NCBI GenBank assembly: GCA_019658995.1
Contig: JAIFWN010000003.1
Location: 2,436 to 66,435 of the forward strand
Length of the DNA stretch: 64,000 nucleotides
Direction: 5' to 3'
Source: Candidatus Parcubacteria bacterium
Lineage (GTDB): Bacteria; Patescibacteriota; Minisyncoccia; Phycocordibacterales; Zambryskibacteraceae
Below the pieces are notes generated by a model. It was not told the DNA's origin and did no database searches. It saw only the letters and a list, made by a program, of their open reading frames with translations. Below are positions 8,594 through 18,871 of this stretch, piece after piece (the stretch's first letter is position 1; the number at the start of each line of letters is the position of its first letter). Position numbers and translations under genes: made by a program.

Positions 8594-8800
8594 ATGAATA
8601 CAGCAGAAAACGCAGTTCGATCATGGGGTGGAGAGTGGGGTAACTATCCGGTCTTTATCCATGGCGGTGGAGGGTTGGGCTGTCTCTGGTTTATCGGCTG
8701 GCTCTTCACTATCGGATACCTGAAGCTAAGCTTCTGGCACGGAGTCCTCGCGATTATCATCTGGCCGTACTACCTGGGCAAGAAATTCCATAGAGCCTAA
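8594..8800 (+). CDS. Small membrane protein, hypothetical
   Basis: 68-aa ORF with two hydrophobic helices. Confidence 0.35.
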   Translation: MNTAENAVRSWGGEWGNYPVFIHGGGGLGCLWFIGWLFTIGYLKLSFWHGVLAIIIWPYYLGKKFHRA

Positions 8801-8832
8801 TTCGTCCTATTACTGAAGTATAATAGTACTTC

Positions 8833-9960
8833 ATGAAGATCAAGTTCCTGACCATGGGTGTTTTGATATTTGCACCCTTATTTGTCTCGGCGGCCATGAG
8901 CGCTCCCTTCGAGATCTCGGGCTGGATACCGTACTGGCGAAGTGCCACCGGCACTGCAGAGTTCCTGACGCACATTGATTCTTTCAAAGAAATTAACCCT
9001 TTCGGTTATACGGTTAAGAACGACGGCACGCTTAACGATGAGATGAAGCTGAGCGAAGCTCCGTGGCCGGAGCTTACTGCCCTGGCACACCTAAAGCAGA
9101 TCAGGGTCATACCGACGGTAATGTGGTCCAATGCTTCCGCTATGGACAGGGTATTCAGAAGCACGGCTCTGCGGGCCGCGCACATTCAGCAGATCGTCAA
9201 TGCGGTCTACCTCAACGGTTTTGACGGGATCGATATAGATTACGAAGCCAAAGCGTCTGAAACCATGCCCTACTTCTCGCTCTTTCTTAAAGAGCTCTAT
9301 AAGGCCATGGGCAAGAAGTGGGTGATGTGTACCATCGAGGCCCGCACTCCTCCGGATTCTCTCAGGCCCGACTCGAGCGTGCCTTATATTCCTGCGTATG
9401 CCAACGATTACGCGGTCATAAACCAGAACTGCGACAGGGTCCGCATTATGGCATACGACCAGGCATCTGTGGACCGCAAACTGACCACTTCCGTAACCGG
9501 ACCATACGTGCCGGTAGCGGATCCGAAGTGGGTGGAGAAAGTTCTTACTCTCGCGGAAAAGAGCATATCCAAGAAGAAGCTGATGCTCGGCGTAGCTACG
9601 TACGGATACGAGTTTCGGGTGACTCCGCTCTCGAGCGGATATGATTACAAACACCTCTGGGCCTTTAACCCCAGGTATGCCACAGAACTGGCCGCATCCA
9701 TGGGTATCACTCCGAACCGCAACATCGCCGGCGAACTCTCCTTTATATATAGACCGGACGCCACCTCGACCGAGCCGACCGCGTCTGTCATAGCCACCGC
9801 TGACAGCACCTTGAGCCAGTCCTTCAATATAGTATGGTGGTCAGATGCCGAAGCTATCAGATCCAAAGTGGAACTTGCCAAGAAGCATGGAATCAGGGGG
9901 GTCTCGGTCTTCAAGATCGACGGCGGAGCCGATCCAAATATATGGCAAGTGCTTAAATAG
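8833..9960 (+). CDS. Glycoside hydrolase family 18 (chitinase-like) secreted protein
   Basis: Signal peptide plus the GH18 catalytic motif DxxDxDxE (FDGIDIDYE). Confidence 0.7.
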   Translation: MKIKFLTMGVLIFAPLFVSAAMSAPFEISGWIPYWRSATGTAEFLTHIDSFKEINPFGYTVKNDGTLNDEMKLSEAPWPELTALAHLKQIRVIPTVMWSNASAMDRVFRSTALRAAHIQQIVNAVYLNGFDGIDIDYEAKASETMPYFSLFLKELYKAMGKKWVMCTIEARTPPDSLRPDSSVPYIPAYANDYAVINQNCDRVRIMAYDQASVDRKLTTSVTGPYVPVADPKWVEKVLTLAEKSISKKKLMLGVATYGYEFRVTPLSSGYDYKHLWAFNPRYATELAASMGITPNRNIAGELSFIYRPDATSTEPTASVIATADSTLSQSFNIVWWSDAEAIRSKVELAKKHGIRGVSVFKIDGGADPNIWQVLK

Positions 9961-9982
9961 GCAGATCTGGTAGAATCCTAAA

Positions 9983-11800
9983 ATGAAAGCAAAAAATACG
10001 GCTAAGGAATTTCTGCAATATCTGAACGATGAATATCACAAGCTCCATAAGGGCTACGAGGAGCTGTTCTGGATTTCCTATATGGGTGATCATAGTGTGG
10101 ATAATAAGCTCAAGCTGGCCCAAAAGAGACGTGATGCTTTCCGAGCTAATCCGGAATTCCCAAAACGATTGAAGGAACTGGAAGAAGGGGCGGACAAGGC
10201 CGCTGGCGTCCGCATCGGATACTGGCTTTGGTTTTTCTCCTGCTATCAGACTCCGCCCGAGGGTTTGGCTGTAAAGGAGAAGATCGACAAGCTTGAAGGA
10301 GAAATACAAAGAAAGCGGTCAACACGCAAGGAGGGCTATACGGATCCTTATACTAAGAAGTTCGTAGCGGCATCCTCAAACAAGATGTCTGTGATGATGG
10401 TTACTCATAACGATGAGAAGGTCAGGAAGTCCTGCTTTAGTGCCAAAGAAAAATTGGCAAAACAGTTCGCCAGAGAATATGTGGAGCTCGTCAGATTGCG
10501 TAATCGATATGCCCGTGCCCTGGGTTATGGGGATTTCTATGAATATAAGCTTAGAACGGTCGATAGGATGAGCAAGCGAGAGATCTTTGGTATTTTTGAC
10601 AAGATATACCGGAAGATCAAGTATGCGGAGAAAAATATCGCCAAACTGGAAAAATCGATGCCCGGACTCAGGAAGCCATGGAATTTCGGCTATATGATGA
10701 GCGGAAATTTCATCAAGGAGAAGGATCCTTACTTTCAGTTCGACCAAGCAATCATCCGCTGGGGGCAATCTTTTGCCGCGCTCGGCATAGACTTCAAGGG
10801 AGGAACGCTGAAGCTCGATCTCCTGGACCGTAAGGGCAAGTACAACAATGGATTCTGCCATTACCCGGACTTAGTCCGTATGGAGAAAGGTAAGCTAATG
10901 CCGGGCAGCGCAAATTTCACCTGCAATATGGTCTACGGACAGGTAGGTTCGGGCCATAACGGATACCATACTCTTTTCCACGAAGGCGGGCATGCCGCTG
11001 ACAGGTTGAATTCGGAGGTCATAGATGTATGCATGAATCATGAATTTGCTCCGAGCTCCAACGCCTGGGCGGAGACTCACAGTATGTTTCTCGATACCGT
11101 TTTCAGCAGTATCGAATGGGCTTCGCGTTATGCTCTGGACAAAGATGGTCGTGCATATCCGTTCGAGCTTTTTGAACACGAAATTAAGAAGATGCATCCG
11201 CTTCGTCCGCTTTCTCTCAACGGAATGATGATGGTCTCCGATTTCGAGCGTCAGGTGTATGAGGCCAAAACTCTCACCGGAGGCAGGGTGAAATCTATAG
11301 CGCGGAATACTTTCAAAAAATATTTCGACCGTTCGGTGCCGTCGCATAACATTCTTAACATTCCGCATATTTACGACTTCGAAAGTTCGGCTTACTACCA
11401 TGGATATGCGCTGGCCACTCTGATTCTTAACCAGTGGAGAGAGTATTTCTACAAAAAATACGGGTATATTGTTGACAATAAGAAGGTCGGTGCGGAGATG
11501 TCCAGGGTTTGGAAGCTCGCCTCTACCAAAGGATTAATGGATTTTGTGAAGATGGCAACCGGTAAGCCGTTATCGGCGGATGCATTCCTGAGAGAGGTAA
11601 CAATGACTTTGCCTGGGATACTCAAGCGTGCCAAGTCTAGGATAGACAGGCTCAAGAAGGTTAAGAGGTATACCGGACCGGTAAAGTTCAATGCCAAAAT
11701 ACATCTTGTGGACGGCAAGAAGGAAATAGCGAACAACAGGAAGAGCTTCGAGGATATGGCTAAGAAGTATTCAGATTGGCTCAGTTCTGAAAGAAAGTAG
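9983..11800 (+). CDS. M3-family zinc metallopeptidase (oligoendopeptidase F-like)
   Basis: 605 aa with a single HExxH (LFHEGGHAAD) about two-thirds along, as in M3B oligoendopeptidases. No signal peptide. Confidence 0.55.
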   Translation: MKAKNTAKEFLQYLNDEYHKLHKGYEELFWISYMGDHSVDNKLKLAQKRRDAFRANPEFPKRLKELEEGADKAAGVRIGYWLWFFSCYQTPPEGLAVKEKIDKLEGEIQRKRSTRKEGYTDPYTKKFVAASSNKMSVMMVTHNDEKVRKSCFSAKEKLAKQFAREYVELVRLRNRYARALGYGDFYEYKLRTVDRMSKREIFGIFDKIYRKIKYAEKNIAKLEKSMPGLRKPWNFGYMMSGNFIKEKDPYFQFDQAIIRWGQSFAALGIDFKGGTLKLDLLDRKGKYNNGFCHYPDLVRMEKGKLMPGSANFTCNMVYGQVGSGHNGYHTLFHEGGHAADRLNSEVIDVCMNHEFAPSSNAWAETHSMFLDTVFSSIEWASRYALDKDGRAYPFELFEHEIKKMHPLRPLSLNGMMMVSDFERQVYEAKTLTGGRVKSIARNTFKKYFDRSVPSHNILNIPHIYDFESSAYYHGYALATLILNQWREYFYKKYGYIVDNKKVGAEMSRVWKLASTKGLMDFVKMATGKPLSADAFLREVTMTLPGILKRAKSRIDRLKKVKRYTGPVKFNAKIHLVDGKKEIANNRKSFEDMAKKYSDWLSSERK

Positions 11801-11865
11801 CAGGGTCTGCGTTATTGGATAAAGAGGCCGGATCTCGGGCTCTTACTAACTAATAATCCAAACCC

Positions 11866-12642
11866 ATGCAGAAACACAAATATATTACTCTCGTCGTCGG
11901 GGCAGCTATAGCGCTCTCGCCTCTGGCTGTTCTCAAGGCGGCATCGCTCATCGGCCTATCATACGGACCCATAGAGACCGAATTGCAGACTAATACGAAT
12001 ATCAACGCCGATCTTGATGCCGGGGCGAGCGCGGACAACCAAGATGGTGGTATTAATGCTGGTGCCGGAGCCAGCGCCAACAGTTCCATCTCTGGAGACG
12101 TCATGACGATAAAGAGAGAGGATGTCCGCGATAACCCCGATGAAGACCGGTCCGAAAACGAAGTAAACGACGACAGCCCGCTCAGTACTTCAGGTAGCAT
12201 AAGTGCCCAGGCCGGAGTCAACGCCGGTATTGCGACTTCCAATGTCGCCACAGAGAGCGATCTCAGAGCCTTTGCCGAGAATGCCATCAAATCCGATGAA
12301 AATATCAACTTCATAAGCTTCGGTAATGACAATATCAGCGTCTCTTACAAGGACCGCGGACGCTTCATTGGTGTCATACCGGTTATCATGGATGTGGAGG
12401 TGGGTGTCGACCAAGGAGGCAATGTGCGCTTCGATTATCCGTGGTTCGGATTCCTGGTTATCAAAGACAGGGCTGATCTCGAAGCACGAGTACGGGCTGC
12501 CGTAGAGTCCTCATCCTCGATAGGAGCCAACGGCTGGACCAATTATGATCGTGCCGAACTTGCCTCAAGGATCGCAGCTGCTCTAAGGGCGCATTATGAA
12601 GCCGGAGACAGCGCAACCTCAACCTCAGAAGCCAATCGGTAA
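11866..12642 (+). CDS. Secreted acidic hypothetical protein
   Basis: Signal peptide; Asp/Asn/Gly/Ser-rich N-terminal half; no recognised family. Confidence 0.5.
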   Translation: MQKHKYITLVVGAAIALSPLAVLKAASLIGLSYGPIETELQTNTNINADLDAGASADNQDGGINAGAGASANSSISGDVMTIKREDVRDNPDEDRSENEVNDDSPLSTSGSISAQAGVNAGIATSNVATESDLRAFAENAIKSDENINFISFGNDNISVSYKDRGRFIGVIPVIMDVEVGVDQGGNVRFDYPWFGFLVIKDRADLEARVRAAVESSSSIGANGWTNYDRAELASRIAAALRAHYEAGDSATSTSEANR

Positions 12643-12650
12643 TACCAGCT

Positions 12651-12684
12651 TAAACCCCGCCAAATGGCGGGGTTTTTGTTTATA
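12651..12684 (+). terminator. Rho-independent terminator
   Basis: AAACCCCGCCAAATGGCGGGGTTTTTGTTT. Confidence 0.6.
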
Positions 12685-12692
12685 ATGGATGC

Positions 12693-13766
12693 ATGTCCTT
12701 TCAGAAAGTGGCGGCTTGGTACAAGCACAACGAACGGCATGTATCGTCGGCCGCACTTATCGGCGGATTCATATTCGACATACTAACGCTTCGGCGCGCA
12801 GACTCGTTCTGGGAAAATTTCTGGGTCGTATTTCATCTCGTCGTCGTTGCCTCGGCTATGATCTTCTTGAGCAAGAGGGAGAAAACGGGGGATAAGGCTT
12901 CAAAGACAGGCTTGTGGGCTCTTACCCTCCTTCAATTCAGTTTCGGAGGGTTGCTTTCGGCTTTCCTGATTCTTTACTTCAGGAGTTCCACATTGTCTGT
13001 GAGCTGGCCGTTCCTTCTCATACTTGCCCTGGCATTCGCTGCCAATGAGCGGCTCAAGCGTTACCACGAGCGCCTGACATTCCAAGTGTCCTTCCTCTTC
13101 CTCTCCCTCATGCTCTTCATGATCTTCCTAGTGCCGGTGCTGATCGGATCCATAGGGACGTTTGAATTCGTACTGGCCGGGGTGTTGAGTCTGGGTGCAA
13201 TCAGACTCTTCCTCAGATTCTTGGAAAAGTTTTCCGGAGATACATATCTGCGCAGCCGGAGAGCCATCCGCCTTTCGATTATTACGATCTTCATCGGGAT
13301 TAACGCTCTCTACTTCACTAATATAATTCCCCCCATACCGCTTTCTCTCAAGGAAGGCGGCATATACCACTCTGTGTCCAGGAGTCCCGGCGGTAATTAC
13401 GTGCTTGGGAAGGAACGCGGAGACCTGCTGGATTTTCTGAAACTGCATAGGACCATCCACGTTGAGCCAGGACATTCACTCTTCCTGTACTCATCGGTTT
13501 TCTCTCCGGCCAAATTCAGCACTACGGTAATTCACGATTGGCAATATTGGAACGAAGAGAGCGGTAAGTGGGTAACAATGTCGAGGATAGCCCTGCCTAT
13601 ATTCGGCGGCAGAGGAAACGGTTACAGGACTTATTCCGAATCGAGCGTAGTCCCCGGTAAGTGGAGAGTCAGTGTGGAGACACCCAGAGGACAGATTATC
13701 GGAAGGGTCGGTTTCAGAGTAGAGCGAGCCTTAACTACACCCGAAGTCATACCGGAAACGCATTAA
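12693..13766 (+). CDS. Membrane protein with C-terminal extracytoplasmic beta-rich domain, hypothetical
   Basis: About six TM helices in the first 230 aa, then a soluble ~120-aa domain. Confidence 0.5.
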   Translation: MSFQKVAAWYKHNERHVSSAALIGGFIFDILTLRRADSFWENFWVVFHLVVVASAMIFLSKREKTGDKASKTGLWALTLLQFSFGGLLSAFLILYFRSSTLSVSWPFLLILALAFAANERLKRYHERLTFQVSFLFLSLMLFMIFLVPVLIGSIGTFEFVLAGVLSLGAIRLFLRFLEKFSGDTYLRSRRAIRLSIITIFIGINALYFTNIIPPIPLSLKEGGIYHSVSRSPGGNYVLGKERGDLLDFLKLHRTIHVEPGHSLFLYSSVFSPAKFSTTVIHDWQYWNEESGKWVTMSRIALPIFGGRGNGYRTYSESSVVPGKWRVSVETPRGQIIGRVGFRVERALTTPEVIPETH

Positions 13767-13818
13767 GAAAGCCTCTCCGGCAGCGTCTTACGTCCCGTAG
13801 TGGGAATGTTATAATGCT

Positions 13819-14385
13819 ATGGTGGCTGACTCTAATCACACGGGCGGAGACGGAAGAATCTGGTCTGTTCTCCTGGGTATCCTCATCTTATTTACGGCGG
13901 TCATATTTTATGCCCGGCATGTAAATATTGCCAGGGTGGAAGAGCAGACCCGGACCCCGGTCGTGGCCCGTTATACTAATTACGCTTATGCCATCAATCT
14001 GCGCTATCCTCCGGAATGGCAGCCTGTCGGCGGCCAGCAGTATGATCGTTATGAAGGCTCAGATGGCTTCTTCAGCGTATCGGCCGGAGGCACAGGAGAT
14101 ATTACTATTGATAAGATGGCTGAGAACGAAGCCAATCATGCCCTGAAGCCATACGGCACGGAGCCTTACATACAGAAACTGACCATAGACGGACAGGACG
14201 CCAGGCTGATTTTACCCTCTCCCGATCAGAGTCCCTCGATGCACGGACAGGCTGTACTCATAGTTAAGTATCCGACTCTCGTGACCATAGGCTCCCAGGT
14301 ATACAAGTATTTGGTATTCTGGGCAGATCGCGCCCACATACAGGATATAGCAAGCTCCATTACCTTCCTCAATAAGCTCCAATAA
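13819..14385 (+). CDS. Membrane-anchored hypothetical protein
   Basis: One N-terminal TM helix then a soluble domain; start codon uncertain. Confidence 0.4.
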   Translation: MVADSNHTGGDGRIWSVLLGILILFTAVIFYARHVNIARVEEQTRTPVVARYTNYAYAINLRYPPEWQPVGGQQYDRYEGSDGFFSVSAGGTGDITIDKMAENEANHALKPYGTEPYIQKLTIDGQDARLILPSPDQSPSMHGQAVLIVKYPTLVTIGSQVYKYLVFWADRAHIQDIASSITFLNKLQ

Positions 14386-14395
14386 TACCGAGATT

Positions 14396-14866
14396 ATGGA
14401 TAAGGCAACATTTGCTCTGGGGTGCTTCTGGGGTTCTCAGGTTTTGTTCAAAAAAATCCCTGGGGTTTTAAAAACCGTTGTTGGCTACACCGGCGGACAT
14501 GTGCCGAACCCGACTTATGAAAGTGTCTGCTCTGGTACTACCGGTCACGCTGAAGCTGTCGAGGTGGCCTACGATCCCAGTGTTGTATCCTACCCAGAGC
14601 TTCTAGAGACCTTTTTCGAACATCATGATCCGACTACGCCGAACCGTTCCGGCCCTGACGTGGGTGAGCAATACCGCTCGGCGATCTTCTATCATACTGA
14701 AGAGCAGAGAAAGGCGGCTGAAGAGTTCAGGGACAGGCTGGAACGCAATCACCGCTACAAAAATCCGATTGTGACAGAGATATTGCCCGCAGGAGAATTT
14801 TACCCCGCGGAGGAGTATCATCAAGACTATGCCGAAAAGAATCCCTCCTACGTCTGCCATATCTAA
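14396..14866 (+). CDS. msrA: Peptide methionine-S-sulfoxide reductase MsrA
   Basis: Active-site motif GCFWG near the N-terminus and conserved core ([13 protein letters not shown]). Confidence 0.85.
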   Translation: MDKATFALGCFWGSQVLFKKIPGVLKTVVGYTGGHVPNPTYESVCSGTTGHAEAVEVAYDPSVVSYPELLETFFEHHDPTTPNRSGPDVGEQYRSAIFYHTEEQRKAAEEFRDRLERNHRYKNPIVTEILPAGEFYPAEEYHQDYAEKNPSYVCHI

Positions 14867-15440
14867 ACAACTCGGCAAACTCAACACCCCGGATAAGATT
14901 CAGAATTTTCTTAATAAGACGCCATTCAACTTCGAAAGAGGCGGTGAGACGTACCGTTCGGTCGAACAAAGTTTGAAGGCCGGCAGGGCGCACTGCTTCG
15001 AGGGAGCGCTCATCGCCGCGGCAGCACTCTCAATGCACGGGCATAAGCCGCTACTCCTCGACTTGCGCACCATCAATAAGGATGCCGATCACGTAGTCGT
15101 GCTGTTCAAACGGGGCAAATATTGGGGAGCCCTATCGAAGACCAATCACGCGGTGCTCCGCTATCGCGAGCCGGTTTACAAAAGCGTGCGCGAGCTCGCT
15201 ATGAGCTACTTCCATGAATATTTCCTGGAAGACGGCACGAAGACAATGCGCAAGTTCTCCAAGCCCTTCGACCTTTCCAAAACCAAATTCGACTGGCTTC
15301 ACTCCAAGGGGGATCTCGATGGGCTGGTGGATGAGCTGGACCATTCTCCGCACGAGGATGTTTTGCCACGGGGACACAAGCTCCGTAAAGCCGAAAAGAT
15401 TGAAATCAAGTCCGGTCTTCTAGTAGAATGGAAGAGATGA
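14829..15440 (+). CDS. Transglutaminase-like / papain-fold domain protein (putative)
   Basis: Cys-His-Asp arrangement reminiscent of the transglutaminase-like core ([14 protein letters not shown] ... DADHVVVLF). Annotated start overlaps msrA by 38 nt, so the true start is probably downstream. Confidence 0.4.
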   Translation: MPKRIPPTSAISKQLGKLNTPDKIQNFLNKTPFNFERGGETYRSVEQSLKAGRAHCFEGALIAAAALSMHGHKPLLLDLRTINKDADHVVVLFKRGKYWGALSKTNHAVLRYREPVYKSVRELAMSYFHEYFLEDGTKTMRKFSKPFDLSKTKFDWLHSKGDLDGLVDELDHSPHEDVLPRGHKLRKAEKIEIKSGLLVEWKR

Positions 15441-15898
15441 ATCTCCATCCGATCGTCATCCACTTCCCGATAGCGCTGCTCACTCTGTACTCTATTTTTG
15501 AACTAATCAGGTTTCAAAAGGTGATAGAGAAGCCATACGTCTTCTATATAAAAGCTTTCCTTGTGACCTTCGGTGCCCTGGGAGCTCTCGCCGGAGTAAT
15601 TACCGGAGCTATAACGAGCGGATGGGCGATCGGCGGACCAAGAATTTTTGCTCTCCATCAGATTTTCGGCCTCTCAACCCTCATCCTGTCCATTGGGATT
15701 GCCAAGGGATATCTCTTCCACTGGCAGAGGCCCAATTGGTACTCGGAGCATGTACTGAGACCTAGGGTTTTAGTACCTCTTGCACTCCTTCTTCTTATAG
15801 CGATCACAATTACTGGTGGCCTAGGCGCGGCTATGACCAGAGGCACGCATTTCGACCCCTTCATGGCTCCGATTTTCAAACTACTTGGTGTCTACTAG
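15428..15898 (+). CDS. Integral membrane protein, hypothetical
   Basis: Four predicted TM helices. Confidence 0.45.
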   Translation: MEEMNLHPIVIHFPIALLTLYSIFELIRFQKVIEKPYVFYIKAFLVTFGALGALAGVITGAITSGWAIGGPRIFALHQIFGLSTLILSIGIAKGYLFHWQRPNWYSEHVLRPRVLVPLALLLLIAITITGGLGAAMTRGTHFDPFMAPIFKLLGVY

Positions 15899-17017
15899 TC
15901 TCATTGACTCGCGGAGTCCCAAGAGCACTGCGAAAGCAAGAATAATATATATAGAGTAGAAGGGAAGACTGGCAATAGCCAGGGCACCTGCCGCCGCACC
16001 GAAAATGAGCCCGGCCGACCTGGAAAGTCTAAAGATGGATATCAGACCCGAGTCATTTGAACTAACATGCTTAAAGAAGTAGCTCTCGGTAGTGATTTCG
16101 ATGACGCTCGCTCCGACACGAGTGAAGAAAAGGGCGACAGCCCAGGGTATCGCTTCCTTACCAAGTCCCGGTATGAATAAGAGTGAGACAAAGGTGATGA
16201 AGAAACCCCACGACATGATCTCGCGTTCGCCATAGAACCGGTCAGCAAGTATGCCGGCCGGCCATTCGAATATGATAAAAGGGAGAAGCATTATGGAAAA
16301 TATTACTCCAATCTCCGTCCAGCTGAATCCGATATGTCCGTGAAGGTATATGGGGGTATATATCGCCATCATGCCGAAGAAGAACTCAAGGATGAATCTG
16401 GCAAAGGTCACGCGGCGCACAGCCTTCCTCTTCCACCACAGGAGGAAGGGCAACGAATGCCCCGTGTACTTCCTCCTTGGATGTTTAGACCGCAGGAAGA
16501 ACAAAACCAAGATTATGAGCGGCAGGAGCAAGAGGGCCGCAGCCAGGTAGAAGTATTTGAACTTCTCATCCGTACCCAACAGTGTGATCAGTATCGGGCC
16601 GGCGGCAAAGGCGATATTTGCGAGCGTGAGATAAATACCCCGAATCTCACCGGTTTTCCTGTTGGCCGTATCTTCCTCGAGCATTATGTCTAAGGCGTAG
16701 TAGACCATTGTCGAGACAGAAGCGTATATGAGGAAAAATATAGCCGCATCATACGGGCCGAAGGCGTAGGCGGCGCCTATGGTCGAGCCAAGAGTAAAGA
16801 AAAGAAAAAGGAAAAGGAACCCTCTGGTTCCGAACTTATTGAGAAGCCTTGGTGCCAGTAAAAATAAAGCGGCATTGCCGAGTGCTCCGGCTACATAGAG
16901 TATGCCGATAGTCTGAAGTCCGAAGAAGTGCTCGAGAAAGGACGAGTTTATATAAAGAGTGGCGGCAAAGTGGAGTGAGAAAAAGAACTCCGCGAGAAAT
17001 ATGACAACCAGGCGCAT
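15881..17017 (-). CDS. MFS transporter
   Basis: About 12 TM helices with MFS-like loops. The track begins at a GTG at 17047 inside the rnj terminator; the ATG at 17017 (MRLVVIF...) with a TATAAT 9 nt upstream is the more plausible start. Confidence 0.7.
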   Translation of the reverse strand: MRLVVIFLAEFFFSLHFAATLYINSSFLEHFFGLQTIGILYVAGALGNAALFLLAPRLLNKFGTRGFLFLFLFFTLGSTIGAAYAFGPYDAAIFFLIYASVSTMVYYALDIMLEEDTANRKTGEIRGIYLTLANIAFAAGPILITLLGTDEKFKYFYLAAALLLLPLIILVLFFLRSKHPRRKYTGHSLPFLLWWKRKAVRRVTFARFILEFFFGMMAIYTPIYLHGHIGFSWTEIGVIFSIMLLPFIIFEWPAGILADRFYGEREIMSWGFFITFVSLLFIPGLGKEAIPWAVALFFTRVGASVIEITTESYFFKHVSSNDSGLISIFRLSRSAGLIFGAAAGALAIASLPFYSIYIILAFAVLLGLRESMRLVDTK

Positions 17018-17035
17018 CCGTAAAATTATAGCAAA

Positions 17036-17070
17036 ACAAAGGCGCACGAACAGTGCGCCTTTGTTTTGTT
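17036..17070. terminator. Bidirectional hairpin terminator downstream of rnj
   Basis: AAAGGCGCACGAACAGTGCGCCTTTG flanked by A-run and T-run. Confidence 0.5.
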
Positions 17071-17076
17071 TATAAG

Positions 17077-18858
17077 TTAGACTCCGAGGATTACCGGGAT
17101 AATGACCGGCTTCTTCATAGTCTTTTGGAAGAGGAAGCGGGCAACGTCTTCGGAAACGGCATTCTTGGCATAGTCGAAGTTGATAGGGTTCATGCCCACA
17201 GTTGTCGACTCGATGGCACGCTTGATGATGTGACGGGTCTCGGAGAGAAGTTCCTGATTGTCGCGCAGGTAGATGAATCCGCGTGAGATGATGTCCGGGC
17301 TCTTCTTGAGTCGGCCGGTCTTCGATATGACCATGGCTACTACGACGACGAAGCCTTCCTCGGCGAGCATCTTGCGGTCTCGTATAAGCACTTCGGAGAC
17401 GTCGCCCACGGAGAAGCCCTCCACCACCATATCTTCAGAGGGTGCTTTCTCTGGAAGTTTTACAAATGTGTTGCCCTGGTCGCGGATCTCGATAATTGAG
17501 CCGTTATCGGGGACGATGACGTTTTCTGGTGGGGCACCGAGTTGACGGGCAAGCTCCGCATGCTGCTTCAGCATGTAGTGGTGGCCGTGCACCGGCATGA
17601 AGAACTTATACGGGATCTGGCGATGTACCCACTCGAGCTCGCCCCGCTTGCCGTGTCCGGAAGTGTGTACATCCGAGTCGAGGTAAGTAATGATTTTACT
17701 GTCGTGGCGGAAGAGATTATCTTTGAGCTTAGAGATAGCCTTTTCGTTGCCGGGAATGACGGAAGAAGAAAGGATGATGGTGTCGCTCCTCTGGAGCTTG
17801 ATGAACTTGTGAGTCTTGTTGGACATTCTCATGAGTGCGGCAAACTCCTCTCCCTGGGCACCGGTCGCGATCATCATGATCTTATTCGGCGGATACTTCT
17901 CGATATCTTCTATGGGGACTATATGATCCACTTCAGCCAGGTTCAGGTGCTTGATGATTTCCATATTGTTCTTCATCGAGCGGCCTTCGATAACCACCTT
18001 CTTGCCGTAGCGCTTGGCAATCCTCAAGAACTCAATAATGCGCTCGACCTGGGAGGCAAAGGTGGCAAGGATAACGCGTCCCGGCACCTGGGCGACGATC
18101 GAGTCTATGTTTTTCAAAATGAAATCTTCCGAGGGGGAGAAGCCCGGTTTCTCAATGCCCGTCGAGTCCATAGTAAAGAGAAGGATATTCCTATCCTTAA
18201 ACATTTTGTACTGCTCGATCTCCTTCTCGGTCGGTACGCCGTTCTCGTTGTCGACGCGGACGTCGCCCGTGTTGACGATATCTCCAAGGGGAGTCTCGAT
18301 GATGATGCCGGTAGAGTCGGGGATGGAATGAGTCAGGCCGAAGAAGCGAACCTTAAGGTTCGGAGTGATCGGTATGGATTTGTCGCCCTGGTCGACAATA
18401 CGCATATCGAGAGGCGGAAGCTGGGGGAACTCCTCCTGGCGCTTCTTGATCATAAGCGCGCCGAATTCCCGGGTATAGACCGGAGGATTGCCTATGCGGT
18501 TGATGATATAAGGAATACCGCCTATATGGTCGAGGTGTCCGTGAGTGATAACCAGGGCGCGGATTTTGGACTTTCTCTCCTCAATGTACTTCGTATTGGG
18601 CAGGATATAGTCGACGCCCGGAGTTTCCGCATCGGTGAACTGGATGCCGCAGTCGACTACTATGATGTCGTCACCGTACTCTATTGCCGTCATGTTGCGT
18701 CCGACCTCCTCGACGCCGCCCAGGGGCACGATACGTATGACATTCTCACCAAGCGGCGGGATGATATCGGGAGCTTTCTTCTGGGGAATAACACGGTCAG
18801 ACTTGTGCCGCATGTTCTTGCCGCGCATGCCGCGCTTGAAGGTTGAGGTTGGGTTCAT
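17077..18858 (-). CDS. rnj: Ribonuclease J
   Basis: Metallo-beta-lactamase motif ITHGHLDHIGG, beta-CASP region and C-terminal domain. 593 aa. Confidence 0.85.
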   Translation of the reverse strand: MNPTSTFKRGMRGKNMRHKSDRVIPQKKAPDIIPPLGENVIRIVPLGGVEEVGRNMTAIEYGDDIIVVDCGIQFTDAETPGVDYILPNTKYIEERKSKIRALVITHGHLDHIGGIPYIINRIGNPPVYTREFGALMIKKRQEEFPQLPPLDMRIVDQGDKSIPITPNLKVRFFGLTHSIPDSTGIIIETPLGDIVNTGDVRVDNENGVPTEKEIEQYKMFKDRNILLFTMDSTGIEKPGFSPSEDFILKNIDSIVAQVPGRVILATFASQVERIIEFLRIAKRYGKKVVIEGRSMKNNMEIIKHLNLAEVDHIVPIEDIEKYPPNKIMMIATGAQGEEFAALMRMSNKTHKFIKLQRSDTIILSSSVIPGNEKAISKLKDNLFRHDSKIITYLDSDVHTSGHGKRGELEWVHRQIPYKFFMPVHGHHYMLKQHAELARQLGAPPENVIVPDNGSIIEIRDQGNTFVKLPEKAPSEDMVVEGFSVGDVSEVLIRDRKMLAEEGFVVVVAMVISKTGRLKKSPDIISRGFIYLRDNQELLSETRHIIKRAIESTTVGMNPINFDYAKNAVSEDVARFLFQKTMKKPVIIPVILGV

Positions 18859-18871
18859 CTTTCTCTGTAGA

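Noticed and set aside
17542-18846. 434-aa plus-strand ORF.
   Set aside because: It lies opposite RNase J, which carries the canonical HGHLDH metallo-beta-lactamase motif; the antisense frame is open by chance.
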